This document shows, in pieces, positions 25,201 to 38,149 of a stretch of 64,000 bases of DNA. How positions within the stretch are numbered: the first letter of the stretch is position 1; every line of letters begins with the position of its first letter. The notes beneath the pieces are model-generated. The model saw only the letters and a program-made list of their open reading frames with translations, ran no database searches and had not been told where the DNA came from. The stretch is from Paragordius varius (taxonomy: Eukaryota > Animalia > Nematomorpha), in assembly GCA_964247055.1 (NCBI GenBank), contig OZ176052.1:9362001-9426000 (forward strand). Direction: 5' to 3'. Made by a program: the position numbers and the translations under genes.

Positions 25201-28200
25201 TTCTTTATAAATATTGATCGATAAGGTGTAAATTCTCTTAAGGGTCTCGGTGGTGTACTTTCTTTGGGCGTTTCTTTATCTTGCAACCAATTCAACGGTG
25301 TGTTGATGTTCCTCTTCAAAAACAACGATGCGAGGGTCATCTATCTCGTTATGCCATGAATTTCGATAGGCCAATAAAACATTATTTAAAGCCTCTTGAC
25401 TCTTCACGCCAGTCATCATCGTAGAACGAAATCTTGATTTCAACGTATAAATCACTCTTTCCACCAAACCATTTGTCCTTGGGTGATAAAAAGAGATGAG
25501 GAAACATGCCGATCAACTGAGGTCGTATGGTAGGCAGAGTGAGGCCCCCAGGCGTTACCCAGATCGAGTCCGCAAACCTCCTAAGCGTTTTTTAGAAAAT
25601 GAAGAGAATGATATGTAGTTGATATTACAACATTGCATCATTGTATTTTTAAGTGCCATACGTAGTCGTTTTAACAGTTTATCCTCCAAACAATCTTTAT
25701 TTATTTGCGTTTTATTTAAATTTAAATCCACGAATGCGATTTGTCGGATTTTTTCGGCCACATATTCATCATCATTGGCTAATGGTGTCTGACTCTTTTC
25801 GGGAAGTCTTGAACACACATCGGCCATGTTTGTCGATCCCGCAATATATTTTACATCAAAATCATGCGCGGCGGCCTTGTAGATCCATCTTAACAATTTA
25901 CAGTTTTTTATATCACTTAACTTCCGATTGTTTCCGAATAAATGAACCAACGGCTTATGATCTGACCAAACCTCACATTTCTGTCCATAAATATAATAAT
26001 GGAATTTTTCTAACCCAAATAACAAAGCCTTGGTTTCCAATTCAATCACAGAATAATTTTTCTCTGCATTCTGGCATTTTCTTGACGCGAATGCAATTGG
26101 TACCATTCTCTTATTCTCCATTTGCAGAAGTACAGCCCCAAAGCCTTTTGTAGACGCATCCACTTGTATTATTGTTTTATTTATGTTATAAGTGGCAAGT
26201 AAAGATTCTCTTGATATTAAGTTTTTTGCTTGCTTAAATTCATTTTGATGTTCTTGTGACCATCTCCATTCCTTTTTAGATCCTGTTAGTGCATGTAGAT
26301 TACTAACTTTGACATGTAAGCCAGGAATAAAACGTTCATAAAAATTGAGCAATCCCAAAAATGATCTTAACTCAGTTTTATTGGTAGGTGTTGCACATTT
26401 AGTAATGGCGTCGATTTTATCTTGTACAGGGCGAATTCCCTGTTTTGATAACTCAAAACCCAAAAATTTAATATTCTTCCGATACAGTTTTAATTTATCT
26501 TTTCTAAACGTAAACCCGCATTTTTGTAACCATGTTAGGGTCTCGCTAAGATTTTTATCATGTTTATCTTTCGTTTTGCCAACAATCAAAACATCGTCGA
26601 GATCCATTGTGCCCCTGCAATCTTTGAGTACCTCATCCATTATTCTCTGGAAAAGCATGGGAGAAACCTTCAATGGTAGGCGATTAAATTGGAAATATCC
26701 CATCGGGGTAGTAATAACTTATTTTTTACTTTCCACATCCACCGGAATTTGAAGGTATGCGTTGTTTAAATCAATGGACGAAAACCATGTGGATCCCGCA
26801 CATTTAGACGCGATCGTGTCAAATGTCGGGATAATCTGAGAACGCTTATGCTAACAGTTGAGACTTGGATTATTTAGGAGAAGTGTGTTTGAAATATGCA
26901 TAGTACTTAAAACCCAATTACATGTTAAAAATATTTTGGCGCCTCCTAATGAGCTAACTAAAAGCTATTTTTCATCATAACACATTACTCCTTGTTTTAG
27001 ATCCGATTTTTTTTCATCTGGATTCGACCAAAGTAATTATTAATAAAATTAATCTCAATCATGGGTAATTGTAGATTAAATAACTAACAGGACAAGACCT
27101 AAAAAATAAATCTATACCAAACTTTTGATATCAAATAGGATTATATATACAAGGGTTATTAATATTTATCATTGAGTTTGTTTTGCCAATATTTTAGGAA
27201 ATTATATTAGTAGTATTATTTAGAAGCTTTAAAATATGTTTTACCCCTCGTAATAAATAACAAATCGTTTTATTAAATAAGCAATTACTGTTATTTTATA
27301 GTATAATAACCTTTTATGTCATTGCAAAAATTAAAATCATATGTTTTTAAGGCATTTTACCTCCATCGAAAATCTTGAGTTCTCTGAAATTTTTTTTAAA
27401 TTTGTATATGAAATACATTTGGTTGGCGTTATTCATCTTAAGGTAAAAATAAAGCTAATGTGTATAAAATAAAATTACCTAAAATTTGTGAATGTTGTTT
27501 AAATAAAAATCCTTAAGTGTCAATTACCTGACAAAAAATGCAAACATTTTAACTACATCTACTTTAAAGAAGCTAATATCAAGGCTAAAAGATTCATTAT
27601 TATGTGTAGTACCCGAGGTCATTAAAATATATCCCAATTCAATCATTTACGTTAAAATTTGTCAGTTAAATATATTTTATTGAAATTTCTATCCAATATT
27701 TTAGCCTTATATCATCACCCTTTACCATGGAACCAGCCTGTGTGCTCTCAAGTTATAAATACTGTTTCACGTAAAAAATTGCAAGAATGTACTAAATGTT
27801 ACAATGATATGGTAAAGGATTTGTCGAAAAGAATCGTCAAGTTTAATGCATGGTATGTAAGGCAACCTTTTACCTATCTGGATCCGTTGTTACTTACGGT
27901 TTTTAGCTAATTTATTAAAAATTTAAAATATGTGAAAATGTTTAGTTACATAATTTTTGTTTTAAACATGCCTTTTTGTGCTACCTTATATTAGGATTTA
28001 TTAAGTTACATTGGTACGGATCTGGAGCCATCAGAACATGAAGTTGGTCAACGCATTTTTACCGCTTTAAATATGGTAATTTAATTAATTTTTGATAAAT
28101 ATATAATTCTTTTTGTATATGTTATCCAAAAATATACATGAGCACATTTTTCAAATATTCTTCACAATGATAGGGTCATGAAAAACATTGGGCCCTTTAC

Positions 28201-31200
28201 CTTTTAGCCAGTTTGTATTGGCGAACGATTGGAAATATCCCTGAAGCTATTGATTGCATGCAACGTTCTCTGTATTACTGTCCCAGTCGTCACAGATCCA
28301 TCGTGCTTTATAATTTTGGTGCTTTGCTTGCCAAAAGCCTGGGTGCGCTTGACCATGCAAAACTAGTGTTGGAGGAGGCTCATTTAATGGCCAAATTTGA
28401 TGTAATAGATACCTTTGCAATTTTGAAGTATCTAAATTAAACAAAATTTTACCAATTAATCAATAAAACAAATATATATGAAGTATAAAACTGCAAATTT
28501 CAACATTTTTGTTGATATTGTAACAGTACCCTTAGCTTTTTTCTAACCATTTTAGAATAAAGAAAAATAAAAAAGTTTCGGAACCGTAACCAATTTAAAA
28601 TCGGAATTTAAAATGTTCCCGGTTCCACCTGTGTTTTTTTGTGATATTGATAATATGAACTCCATATTAGATTACAAAAAATTTAATCCTTGTTTAATTT
28701 AAATAGTCGAGGATTACTTTGTTACTGGCTCATGTGAATTATCTTGTTGGTAATTTAACAAGTGCTTCGCATTTTTACAAAGAAACGCTTTTCCTTTACG
28801 CTCCACACGAAGCCCCTCACTCTATTAACAAAGATGCTTTGATAGGTTTGTCGTAATTTACTGTGTTCATTTGCGATTATTTATAACGCTCTTTATAAAT
28901 AAATTTTGACTGTTTATAATTATTAAAATTAATCAAATACCTTTTTTAACATAAGTAATAATTTTAATTTTTTATGGTAATTTTATAATATATATAGGTT
29001 ATGAGCATGTAGGATGTCGTTTGGCTTATCCAGAAACTTATGAAAACGAAACAGCTAACGGAGTAATTTTTTATCTATAAAATGTTAAAATTTTTAGAAT
29101 CAATAAAAAATGTGGACAGGACACCTCTTTTTACGGTTTTTTTGCGAAAAATATTTACCATTTTGTAATACTTTTTTGACATCTAATTATTTTGTGCGCA
29201 TAATCCCGTAATTATATTTTGTTTTAATGAAAAAGCTTAACTGATAAACATATTAAGATTGTAGCTGGTTTAGCTAAAGTATGAGGACGGAAAATTTTGG
29301 CATTTACAGAAATAACACATTTTTTATTTTTTAAACACTTACTTCACATAAAAAAAAGTTTATTTTTACTTTTTTATTACAAACAACTATATCAATTAGT
29401 AAAAAATGTGTATGTTACAAAAGGGGTTAACTGTTTTTTACAAACACGATTTTAATATGTATTAAATCAAAATTTTCAATAGCAAATTATGAATTGCTTG
29501 CGTTAGTTTCTATAATCCACAATATAACATTATTCTTTTCTGTAGGCAAAGTAATCCAATACAAAAATATTTGAATTTTCATTCATCTTCTTAAATAGTT
29601 GAGAAACTTGCAATTATTACGGCAAGAAATACTGAATCATACTAGCATTTCTTCCTTTTATGATGATCCAAAAAGTTTGGGCGGCAAAAATTTGTTACCC
29701 GAAGATGTTAGCGATTGGTTGGAACGAGATTACGACTTTACCCTTCTACTAAACGGAAACGAAAGTATATTTTATGTTTAATTATGCCAAAAATTTCTCT
29801 CTTCATTGTAAAGGTTGTTTATTAGAGCGTGAAAGTTTTTAGCCATGTTAAGTTTTTATCTATTGTGTTAAATCAACAATTTTTCCTGGTTTATATTCAG
29901 GCATACATTATATTTTAAATCAAACAAAAGGTCACCAATCAACTTTTTTTACATCCTTTATACCGATTACACACTAAATTATACAGCATTGACATAAAAC
30001 TAAAACTTTACTACCGTTTTTCGTTGTGTTTCATTTAGATTTATATAACCAGGATACGATTGAATCATTGGGTTTAAGTGGAACCGAAAATTATTACGTG
30101 GATTACGATGATCGTATGATGGCAATGGACGAATCAGCTCAAACATTTACAACTTTTAATTTTAGCCATTATGATTTTGAGAAATTTTTGCAAAATAAGC
30201 TATCACTTATACAAAACCCCAATGTCAATAATGTCAATTATAATGATAAGCAAAAGAATGAATATGGGGACGATGATGAAATGAAAACATCATCTAGTCC
30301 ACATAATGATAATAAACTTAAAACAGCAAATACAAAATGCTTGAAAGATGGTAAGAAAGACATGGAAAAAAACAAAAAAATTGAGCAACACATGAAAAAA
30401 CGACAAGACACATACATTGATTCATTCAAAACTAGCATGTCTGATTCTCGACTTGAGGGTAGGGATTTGTAAATAAGATTTTTTATAATTATTATTTGAA
30501 TAATCAATTATAAATGATTTAGGTGAACAAGGTGATATGTTGGATTCAGGAAATGATGAAGTATATTTCATTTTATTTTAGTGTTTCCTTATACCATTGA
30601 TTCTATACTAAATCTTGATCTTTCATTTGAAATTTGAATATTAAATTAATTGTAAAACCTAATTAGACATGTGTTAAAATTCCCGTAAATTTTATTAGAT
30701 ATCGCAGTCATTGATAATTAGTATGATTTGTATACATGTGGTGAACCAACCATGGTCATAGCGCGTTAAAATTTTATATTTCTGGCCTAATTTTAAACTT
30801 TTAATCTAGCTTTTTAGAGCGCTTATTTTAATGTTAAATGTATTTTAAATTCACTTTCATATATTCACTATATTATTTTTAGATCAAACCAAAAATTACC
30901 ATCCCAAGTAAGAATATGATTTTTCTAACTAATATTATTGTAGATCCCTTTAAGCTGTACAAAATACCTTTAACATTCGATGTTTCATCCATTCTGCATA
31001 ATCGCGAAAAAATTTGCAAGAATGCCGTAGCCATAGATTTGAGTGTTATACCTTTTACTTATATCGCCCTTCCACAAAGCCTTGTTAAGTATATTATAAT
31101 TTATATTTTTAGTTTTTTGGTGGTTAAGAACTCAAACTTCACATATTTTAATGTTGTAAAATATAAGTTTCTATATTCAATATTCATTATAGTTCGACAC

Positions 31201-32950
31201 TAAATCAAATACCAATGACTCAAGAAATAATCATGAGCCGTTCACATTTGGAACCCCATTGTTCATTTCAAGAATTGCCTAACGATATTATTCATTCCGA
31301 GTCTGATAGGGCATTGCTACAGCTTTTGCGAAATTTCTTGCAAGAAACGAATGAAATTTCAGAGGAAAAATCAACCTTTGATTATGAGAATGTGGATCAC
31401 AATTTTTTAAATATCATTAAACAAGTAATGGGGAACCAACTTAAATCTATTTTAAGCGTATTGTTCAAATCTGAAACATATGGAATGGTTAAACAAATTC
31501 CTGGCACCAAAACCATTGCAATTAATTCAACGGTCAGATTTTTTTTACTTTACATCATTAAGATTAACGGCGATTACAGAACAAGATTTTAATTGTGCGA
31601 TAAAGCTCTTTTTCCTCTCAAAATTAATCGTAGTAAAATAAAACCATAATTTTTATTCATATTAAAAAAATCTATTCTTAGAATTTCATAAAAAAGTATA
31701 CAAAACTATTTAGGTTTTTTACTTTTCTATATATATTTATATATATTAACGTTTTATCCATATGTAAATACCGATAACCGATAATTATCTGTATGTAAAT
31801 ATCGATAACTTATTATGTTTAAGATACTTAACCTTATTTTTTTATGCATAAAGATGCTTATAAAAGGTATTGGTACAACGCTTGCAATTTATTTAAATAT
31901 GACGAATCAAAATGTATCCTGTGTTAATAATGCCTTAAATTCCAAATATCAAAACGCAACGTGTTTCCTTCCCAAGGGCACTTCTAATGAAGCAACATGG
32001 ATTATACCGGCTATCACCTCTCTCTACTGGCGTAGTGTTGGGGAATTTCATGAAGCCATAAAATGCTTACGTGCAGCATTAATGGTTGGACCCCTTGATA
32101 TCTATAAGGTAATTTATATCACCTTTATGCGTTATTTTTGATTTCGAAAGAGGGAAGTATTTTAGAATTATCCATGTTTTTATGTCTGCGCTCGCTTGGG
32201 ATTGTAAATCTTCTTAAATGGCATAATTTCAAGTCCTATGGGGCCAGCCTTTTCATTTTTAAGATTTTATTATTATAGATAATAAATTGGATTATCATTT
32301 TTAGGGTATTGGCAATGAAAAAATATTTTACCATTTTAAAACTGTAATTTAATATACAAATTAACTTGAATAGATGTCACCATTGTTGAATTTGGCAAAC
32401 TTAGCTCACACTATGGGAAATGAAGGTTTAGCCTTATTGACTGCATTTAAAACTATCTCACTCAACCCCAAATCTCCCATTGCTCATTTAACAACCGCAA
32501 ACATATTGGCCGCTCAGGTATTATTATTTTTATTATTATTGAGGTTATATAAACTTACGAAAATTTTAAAGACAAAACGTAAGAAATATTTTTTAGGCTT
32601 ACAATTTTTTAATTTTTCTATCTAACTTTAACGTTTATAATTGTGAAATATATAATTGAGTGTTATTAATTTATACCTCTATTCTATATTTCGCAACCGT
32701 TTATATTAGCAAAATTAAGGATATGGTTTGTCCCTAAAAAATTGTTTTTACGTTTTGGTTCATAATTTTTATCTTTACACATAACGATATCTTATTTTAG
32801 GGTAAACTTCAAGAATCTCTTGTATATTATATCTCAACTTTGTGTTTGCAAGATGTTGCAATAGCAAAAGAACGACTTAAAAGTATTATTTGTTTCAACA
32901 GCAATCTCAACCTTCAACTCGAAAGATTTACCCATAAAAATGAACTATAA
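16221..32950 (+). CDS. TTC17: Tetratricopeptide repeat protein 17 (multi-exon, signal peptide plus three TPR blocks)
   Basis: Spliced exons give THWIVSNKGKI, DKDCIMAEKPLSQLDLY, NQSSWILYDMATFFWRIKG (17024-17131), IALVNLANVL, LRLKPGFKPAIQKLHAVLC, IPAGYLAPEARG, WALYLLASLYWRTIG, ITSLYWRSVG, SPLLNLANLAH and a last exon 32801-32950 ending TAA. All parallel recalled TTC17 motifs in order. Several middle exons are not fully resolved; the start could be 16254. Confidence 0.92.
17290..17525 (-). mobile_element. RTE-clade LINE 3' fragment in a TTC17 intron
   Basis: Minus strand translates LRYFKHIKR...PEGNKRRGRPTSNWEKTINNDL (frameshifted), resembling the RTE ORF C-terminal LRWFGH...GKRxRGRP..W motif. 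Confidence 0.65.
19790..21240. mobile_element. Highly degenerate RTE-like LINE fragments in opposite orientations
   Basis: Plus strand 20340-21240 gives KIDICFVQKDRLKGEG and FVGGDFNCHI (AP-endonuclease remnants). About 20030-20110 is an inverted homolog of about 21055-21140. Boundaries approximate. Confidence 0.55.
23385..24748 (+). mobile_element. RTE-like non-LTR retrotransposon 5' part (APE endonuclease and linker, no RT), pseudogenised
   Basis: FRIATWNVNTL, GICSIQ..KWKG, GVAIFI, LILSGDLNGHIG, KWWWD, WRNHF across three broken ORFs. Confidence 0.88.
24853..26845 (-). mobile_element. Truncated, rearranged Mag-like Ty3/gypsy element (RT, RNase H, integrase C-terminus, probable 3' LTR)
   Basis: WFSSIDLNNAYLQ, FNRLP..VSPMLFQ, DLDDVL, QVDASTKGFGA, HPRTNGLVERV, WRPG...KHADQLR. 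Putative LTR 24853-24997 (TGTAG...AATAAA...TTACA on the minus strand) follows a purine-rich stretch. The 5' LTR, gag and integrase core are absent. Confidence 0.85.
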
Positions 32951-33050
32951 TTGTGGCATTAAATATTAACAAATAAATTTATTTATTTATATTCAATTAA
33001 TGTAAAAACATTTAGTATCTTTTTATACAAAAAACTTTTTGCAACTCTAA

Positions 33051-33296
33051 CTATTGTTTGACTAAGGTGACATTATGTTTTTCAGCTATGTCTTCCACAA
33101 TTTTTTCTACTAATTTACGACAAGCTTCTCTATCGACTAATGAACTACTTTGACTTGCTGTATCACTTATCGTATTTTGTGGCGATTGAATCATACAGGT
33201 AGAATTTTGGCTAGGCTTGATGTCGTCTGGGATTTTTGGTGGAGGAGGTATTGGGGGTTTGGGTTTATCTTCGTGTTCACATTCTTTTTGGATTGT
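33051..33296 (-). CDS. Probable last exon of an unidentified minus-strand gene
   Basis: Acceptor ttttgttttctccag, then 81 open codons (TIQKECEHEDKPKPPIPPPPKIPDD...EKHNVTLVKQ) and TAG; AATAAA downstream; tail-to-tail with TTC17, 100 bp apart. Upstream exons not assembled. Confidence 0.55.
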   Translation of the reverse strand, partial: TIQKECEHEDKPKPPIPPPPKIPDDIKPSQNSTCMIQSPQNTISDTASQSSSLVDREACRKLVEKIVEDIAEKHNVTLVKQ

Positions 33297-34997
33297 CTGG
33301 AGAAAACAAAATAAAATTTATAAAAAGTCGATATCCTTAAAGGTTCAAATAGTTTTTCTTTTCAAATCCAAGTAATAAATGGGACACAATTTACACAAAA
33401 AGGAAATTTCTTGTATAGAAATTAAAATAGTAAAATAAATATGACGATTGGGATAGATTTTTTTTAATCGGCTTCTTAGTCCCACTGTTATAATCCAGAA
33501 AAAGGTTTAAAAATTTCCGGAATTTTACATTTGTCAATGATGTTACTTATAAATATGCAGATAATGGGCAATCGTTTATCGTTTGCAATGGTTTTTAATA
33601 TATTTCTATTAATAACAGATTTAATTGATAAAGCGTGTTTTTACTAAGCGTCTTAAATTAACCCCCCTTAGAAAAGTGGTATGGTGAAAAATTGAAAAAT
33701 CCGTTATTAATATTTCTGCCGGCATAAAACACATAGTAAATAAAAAAAAGCGTCTCTTTTTTGCTTTTCATAAAAGCCTTAACGCTCGCCTACCTTGGGC
33801 TGACAGTGAGTTGGATATGTGCAGTTTCAGGATTTTTAGTCTGAAACACTCACCTGTAACACCTTGACGCCTTAATTAACCACACTCTTCCACCATTCAA
33901 ACATATTTGAACCATTAATTACCTTTTTTATACCTTTTACATAACTCCAAATTATTTACATAAAATATTAAAAATATTAGAAATAATATATTATTAGGAA
34001 TATGATTAAAGAAACATCGTTTACTGAAAATATTTGATCATAATATAGATACGTCACAGGCAGACGAGAGACAGCTAATGATTCAAAATTATTTTACGGT
34101 AATATTTAAATTGATACTTGTGGGATATAATTTAAAATGGAATCGGACTATTTATTCATATTTTTTATATGTTGGTTAATCGTGTCGAAATTATATAATA
34201 TATTGGGGAATCTTTTTCTTTTTTTCTAATATTTAGTAAATAAATACAAATAACGAATCCAAATTCAGACCGTTTGAACTTAAATTTTAAATCCAACTCG
34301 TTTTTAAAGAGACCAGCTGGTTAGATAAAATAAAGTTTTGCTGCATAAGGTTCCTCGTTTTATGATCGAACATATAAATTGTCATTTTCTTATGGTCAAT
34401 GATAAACCAGTATAAGAACAACATTTTCAACTACATGTGTATGCATATATTCAATACCATAATCGGTAAATTATACTGTACTCAATAAAAAATCAGATTG
34501 TCGATGGGGTTGATAAATTTTTATCCCAAAAATAATGAATAAAATTTTAAATTTAAATATATTAAATTTCACGTTGGTAGACGCATGTTGAAAAGAATGA
34601 CTGTTATAATAAGCGGTTCCACTCACGGACGTGAAAGCATTGATAAATGATCAGACTGAACACTTGCTTATTTAAAGCCATTATTTTAGTAAATTTCCGT
34701 AATTATATATGTGATTAACTCAAATTCCACCTTGAAGAATTCAAATTGACCCGCGAACATTTCAAATTTCCCCTTGAAATTTATTCAACCTAAAAATAAA
34801 TTATGTGTTTTTGGTAGTCATCATAATATGAATTTCTTATGGCATCGTTTAATATTTTTCCAGTATTATTTTAATGTTAACGAATTTTTATTCAAAAGAT
34901 ATAAAAAAAAAGTCTAAGTAACCTAGGTTAAATTTAAATTTTTTAGGCGTAATTTTGAATTGTTCAAGAATGAATTTGAGGTGTAAATTGTATATAA

Positions 34998-35089
34998 CGG
35001 TATAGTTATTAATGAAAGAAAGCCAGGGTTTTCAATACCGGTATAGTTATTAATGTAAGAAAGCCAGGGTTTTTAATACCGGTATAGTT
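34998..35089 (+). repeat. 41-bp tandem repeat, about 2.3 copies
   Basis: cggtatagtt starts at 34998, 35039, 35080. Confidence 0.9.
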
Positions 35090-35330
35090 GGGTAAAACTA
35101 ACATGGTTTGGTACTATTTGCTCAGGAGTTCCATTTTAAAATTTTTAGACACCAAATCCGGTTTCGACCGTCTAAGAACGACCCTAATTCTATTTTTTTT
35201 GGCCCGGTTAAAAGCCATGAAAAAATTTAACAATAATTTATAATATTTGATTTAAATTAATATTAAAATTGTTAAAATATTGATTAGTTCAATTGTTTTT
35301 TGGTTTAGACAATGTGTATATTTTCAATAC

Positions 35331-35720
35331 CGAAGAAAGACATTTTAACTTGACTGAAATGAAAATGCTCAGAATGATGTGTGGGGTAACAAGAAAGGAC
35401 AGAATTGAAAATAGATTTATTCGTGGGAGCACAGATATTAAACCAATAGTGGGAAGAATGTAAAAAATTAGGCTACGTTGGTTCGGGCACATTGAAAGGA
35501 GATATTCTAATTATATTGCAAAAATAATAGATAGTCATATAGTTGAGGGAAAACGAGGAAGTGAGCGGCCTAAAACGAAATGGATAGATACAGTAAAAAG
35601 AGAGCCAGTAGAATACGAGCTTAATGCAGAGGACGCCATAGATAGAGTTCTCTGGCAAGACAGGTTGTATAACATGACCGCTCTCATTAGTGAAAACATG
35701 TAATGTAATAATAATAATAA
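35331..35720 (+). mobile_element. 5'-truncated RTE-clade LINE 3' end with (TAA)n tail
   Basis: EMKMLRMMCGVTRKDRIEN...RLRWFGHIERR...VEGKRGSERPKTKW with one internal stop; (TAA)5 at 35706-35720. Confidence 0.9.
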
Positions 35721-38149
35721 TTGGCTGATAACGACCATAAATACTGCATTCTTATACAGTTAGATTGGTAATCCTGGAGCCAGCAGTTAGAAATTTCTGT
35801 TAATTAATGATAAAATTAATTGTAAACAGACTATATCTCCGCTGGTAGTCCTATGGCAAGTTTTTTAATTACACTGGTCAACAAGGTCTTGACCACCCTA
35901 TTATTTTTGCATTTTCTGATACCTAATGGCATGGAAAGGCCAAAACAAAAAAGAAAATTGAGGCCACCAATAGGATTTTTCCGAAATTTAATTTTTAAAT
36001 TTGTATTTAATTTAAAAATAACAATCATTCCTCGTGAACATATGTTTAAATACTCAAACGAACAAGTCGATAAGTAATATTCCATGCATGAATAACAAAA
36101 TTCTAGGCATTAAATAAGATACTAAACAAGCTAAGAGCCAAAGTATTAAAAATCTAAAAGGGGCTTATGTATAGTGTGATAGATCCGGGCGGCTGCACAA
36201 GCTCTGCATATCCCCCAAGCGATCCAATTATGCCAGATATGGCAAAGATAACAATAAGTAATCGTAAAGCCCGATAAGAGAGACTTGCAAGCAAAATTCA
36301 GGCAAATTGACATGTCAAATTAACCAATTCACAGAATAAAGTTAGATAAATTCTACAATTAAATTGAATAAAAAGATTAAGTAAATACAAATGGGCCAAT
36401 CCCATAATAGTAAATTCTACTAAAAGTGGCTACACAACATCCATCTGAAATTAAAAATACAAAACAACCAATAATTTTAAAAAATAAAGTATATCCACTA
36501 GGTATAAATAAAGGATTTTTTGTAAGAACCAACTCAAGAAAAAAAGCCTAATAAGTACTCGAAAGGACAAAAACTAACAAAAAAAATATAGCCTATCTAA
36601 AAGCCGAAGGTTTAAACCATAGAATGCCTTTTTTAGTATTTTTTTAAAAATATTTATACGTATTACAAATTCACTTGAAAGAAAAAGACTATATTTTGAC
36701 GTTTAAGTCCGTACTATTTTTTTCTATCTGATATTTAAATAACCTATTTATATTCAAAAGATAGAGTTTAAAACGCTTTATTAAATGATATTAAGTTTAT
36801 AATATAATAACATTTTATTAAAAAGTTATATTTAATTTTCTCTCGATTTTCTCTTGTTTTTGAAAAATTAAAAAACCTATAATATTTCAAAATTCTGATT
36901 GGCGGGATCAAAGATTTTTTTACATTCGGTTTTAAAACACTGAAATTAGTCATAATTTAAAAGTTTGAGTGGTGGTGCTTAAAAATGTCCAAATTTGTCG
37001 ACAAGTGTTACGCTCAATTGATAGTTAATTATTTAGAAAGAAAATTATATAATAATAAGTACTATACTAAGTTTTAAAATTTAGTAAGAACGAATTCGTC
37101 TTTGTTATAAAAAGTAGTATAAATTATTAATTTGTTACCTGCTCATGTGGTTTTTTTTTATCCCAACAATTTCCCATATAATAAAAATTACATAATTACA
37201 ATTAGCAATTATGATTGATTGTTAATAGAAATAATCAACTATAATTTTCAGTATTTTTGATTAATTGTTATAACAAAGTTATATATTCTCAATAATCATA
37301 AAAATGGAGTTTTTATTGAAGGTTAAAACAACTATTTTTTACTGTATTCCAAAAATAATATCTAGATATAAACAGAATGCCTTAATAGAGGGGAGGTATC
37401 AGAGAGTATAAAATAAGAAATTTCATGTTAACCTACCTTGTCCTTGCATGGTAATAATAATTTAGTTTAGAATAGACTTGCTTCACACAATACTTTATTA
37501 TTGTATGAATTTAAAATCTATTTAAAAATTTACCCATCTTTAAAAAACATTCAAGGATATTCTATTTTAAAATCGTTATGAAAAACTTATTTAAAAGGTA
37601 ATAAATTGCAACTTGTTGGTTTAACATATCGATTTTGGGTAAAAATTTCTCAAAGGTTAATTTTTGTTACGACAGAAGATGGACAAAAATAATACGGTAT
37701 ATAAATCTAATTTAAATTAAGAATAATTTTTTTTCAATAAATTTTAAAGATTATTAATAAATCAGCTCTTGAATTGGAAACTATATTAAAAACTCTAAAT
37801 GAAGTTTTGAAAAACCAAAAGCTTTGTCATCAAATATTTTTAAAGTTTCATAATCATTAAACAATTTTTGTTTAAGTTTGAAGCTCTAGACAAGATACAT
37901 TCATCTGGAGATTTGAAGAACAAATATAATGTGAGGTAAAGCACATAAATATACACAGTAAAATAACCTGATTCAAAGATAGCAAAATCTATCGGGATAA
38001 TTATTGTGATTCTGGTTTGGGCTCTTACGATTTGTTAAAAAAACGTTATTAACACTATTATGGTAACTCCTCCATATCAGAAAATGGCAAATGTAATATT
38101 TTGTAATAAATTTTTTTGATGAAATGCTTCATTACAAAAAAACTACATA

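Noticed and set aside
8138-26752. Plus-strand ORFs 8138-8320, 9470-9667, 25653-26153 and 26345-26752
   Set aside because: Antisense shadows of retroelement pol with no recognisable motifs.
29546-29550. 5-nt micro-exon (tgtag|GCAAA|gtaatc) in TTC17
   Set aside because: The flanking exons appear to join in phase 0 without it; inclusion would shift the frame.
33841-33853. 13-nt intron GTGAGTGTTTCAG on the minus strand
   Set aside because: Shorter than every supported intron here, and no coherent ORF or homology supports it.
36100-36290. Stop-codon reassignment (in-frame TAGs in a hydrophobic frame), a MAPEG-like ARIYHTI motif, or a NUMT
   Set aside because: Identified genes use TAA, TGA and TAG as normal stops, the motif match is only 7 residues without family context, and no mitochondrial gene is recognisable.
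37740-38090. Possible BEL/Pao gag remnant (…YDLLKKRY…)
   Set aside because: Similarity is too weak and fragmented to support without a profile search.
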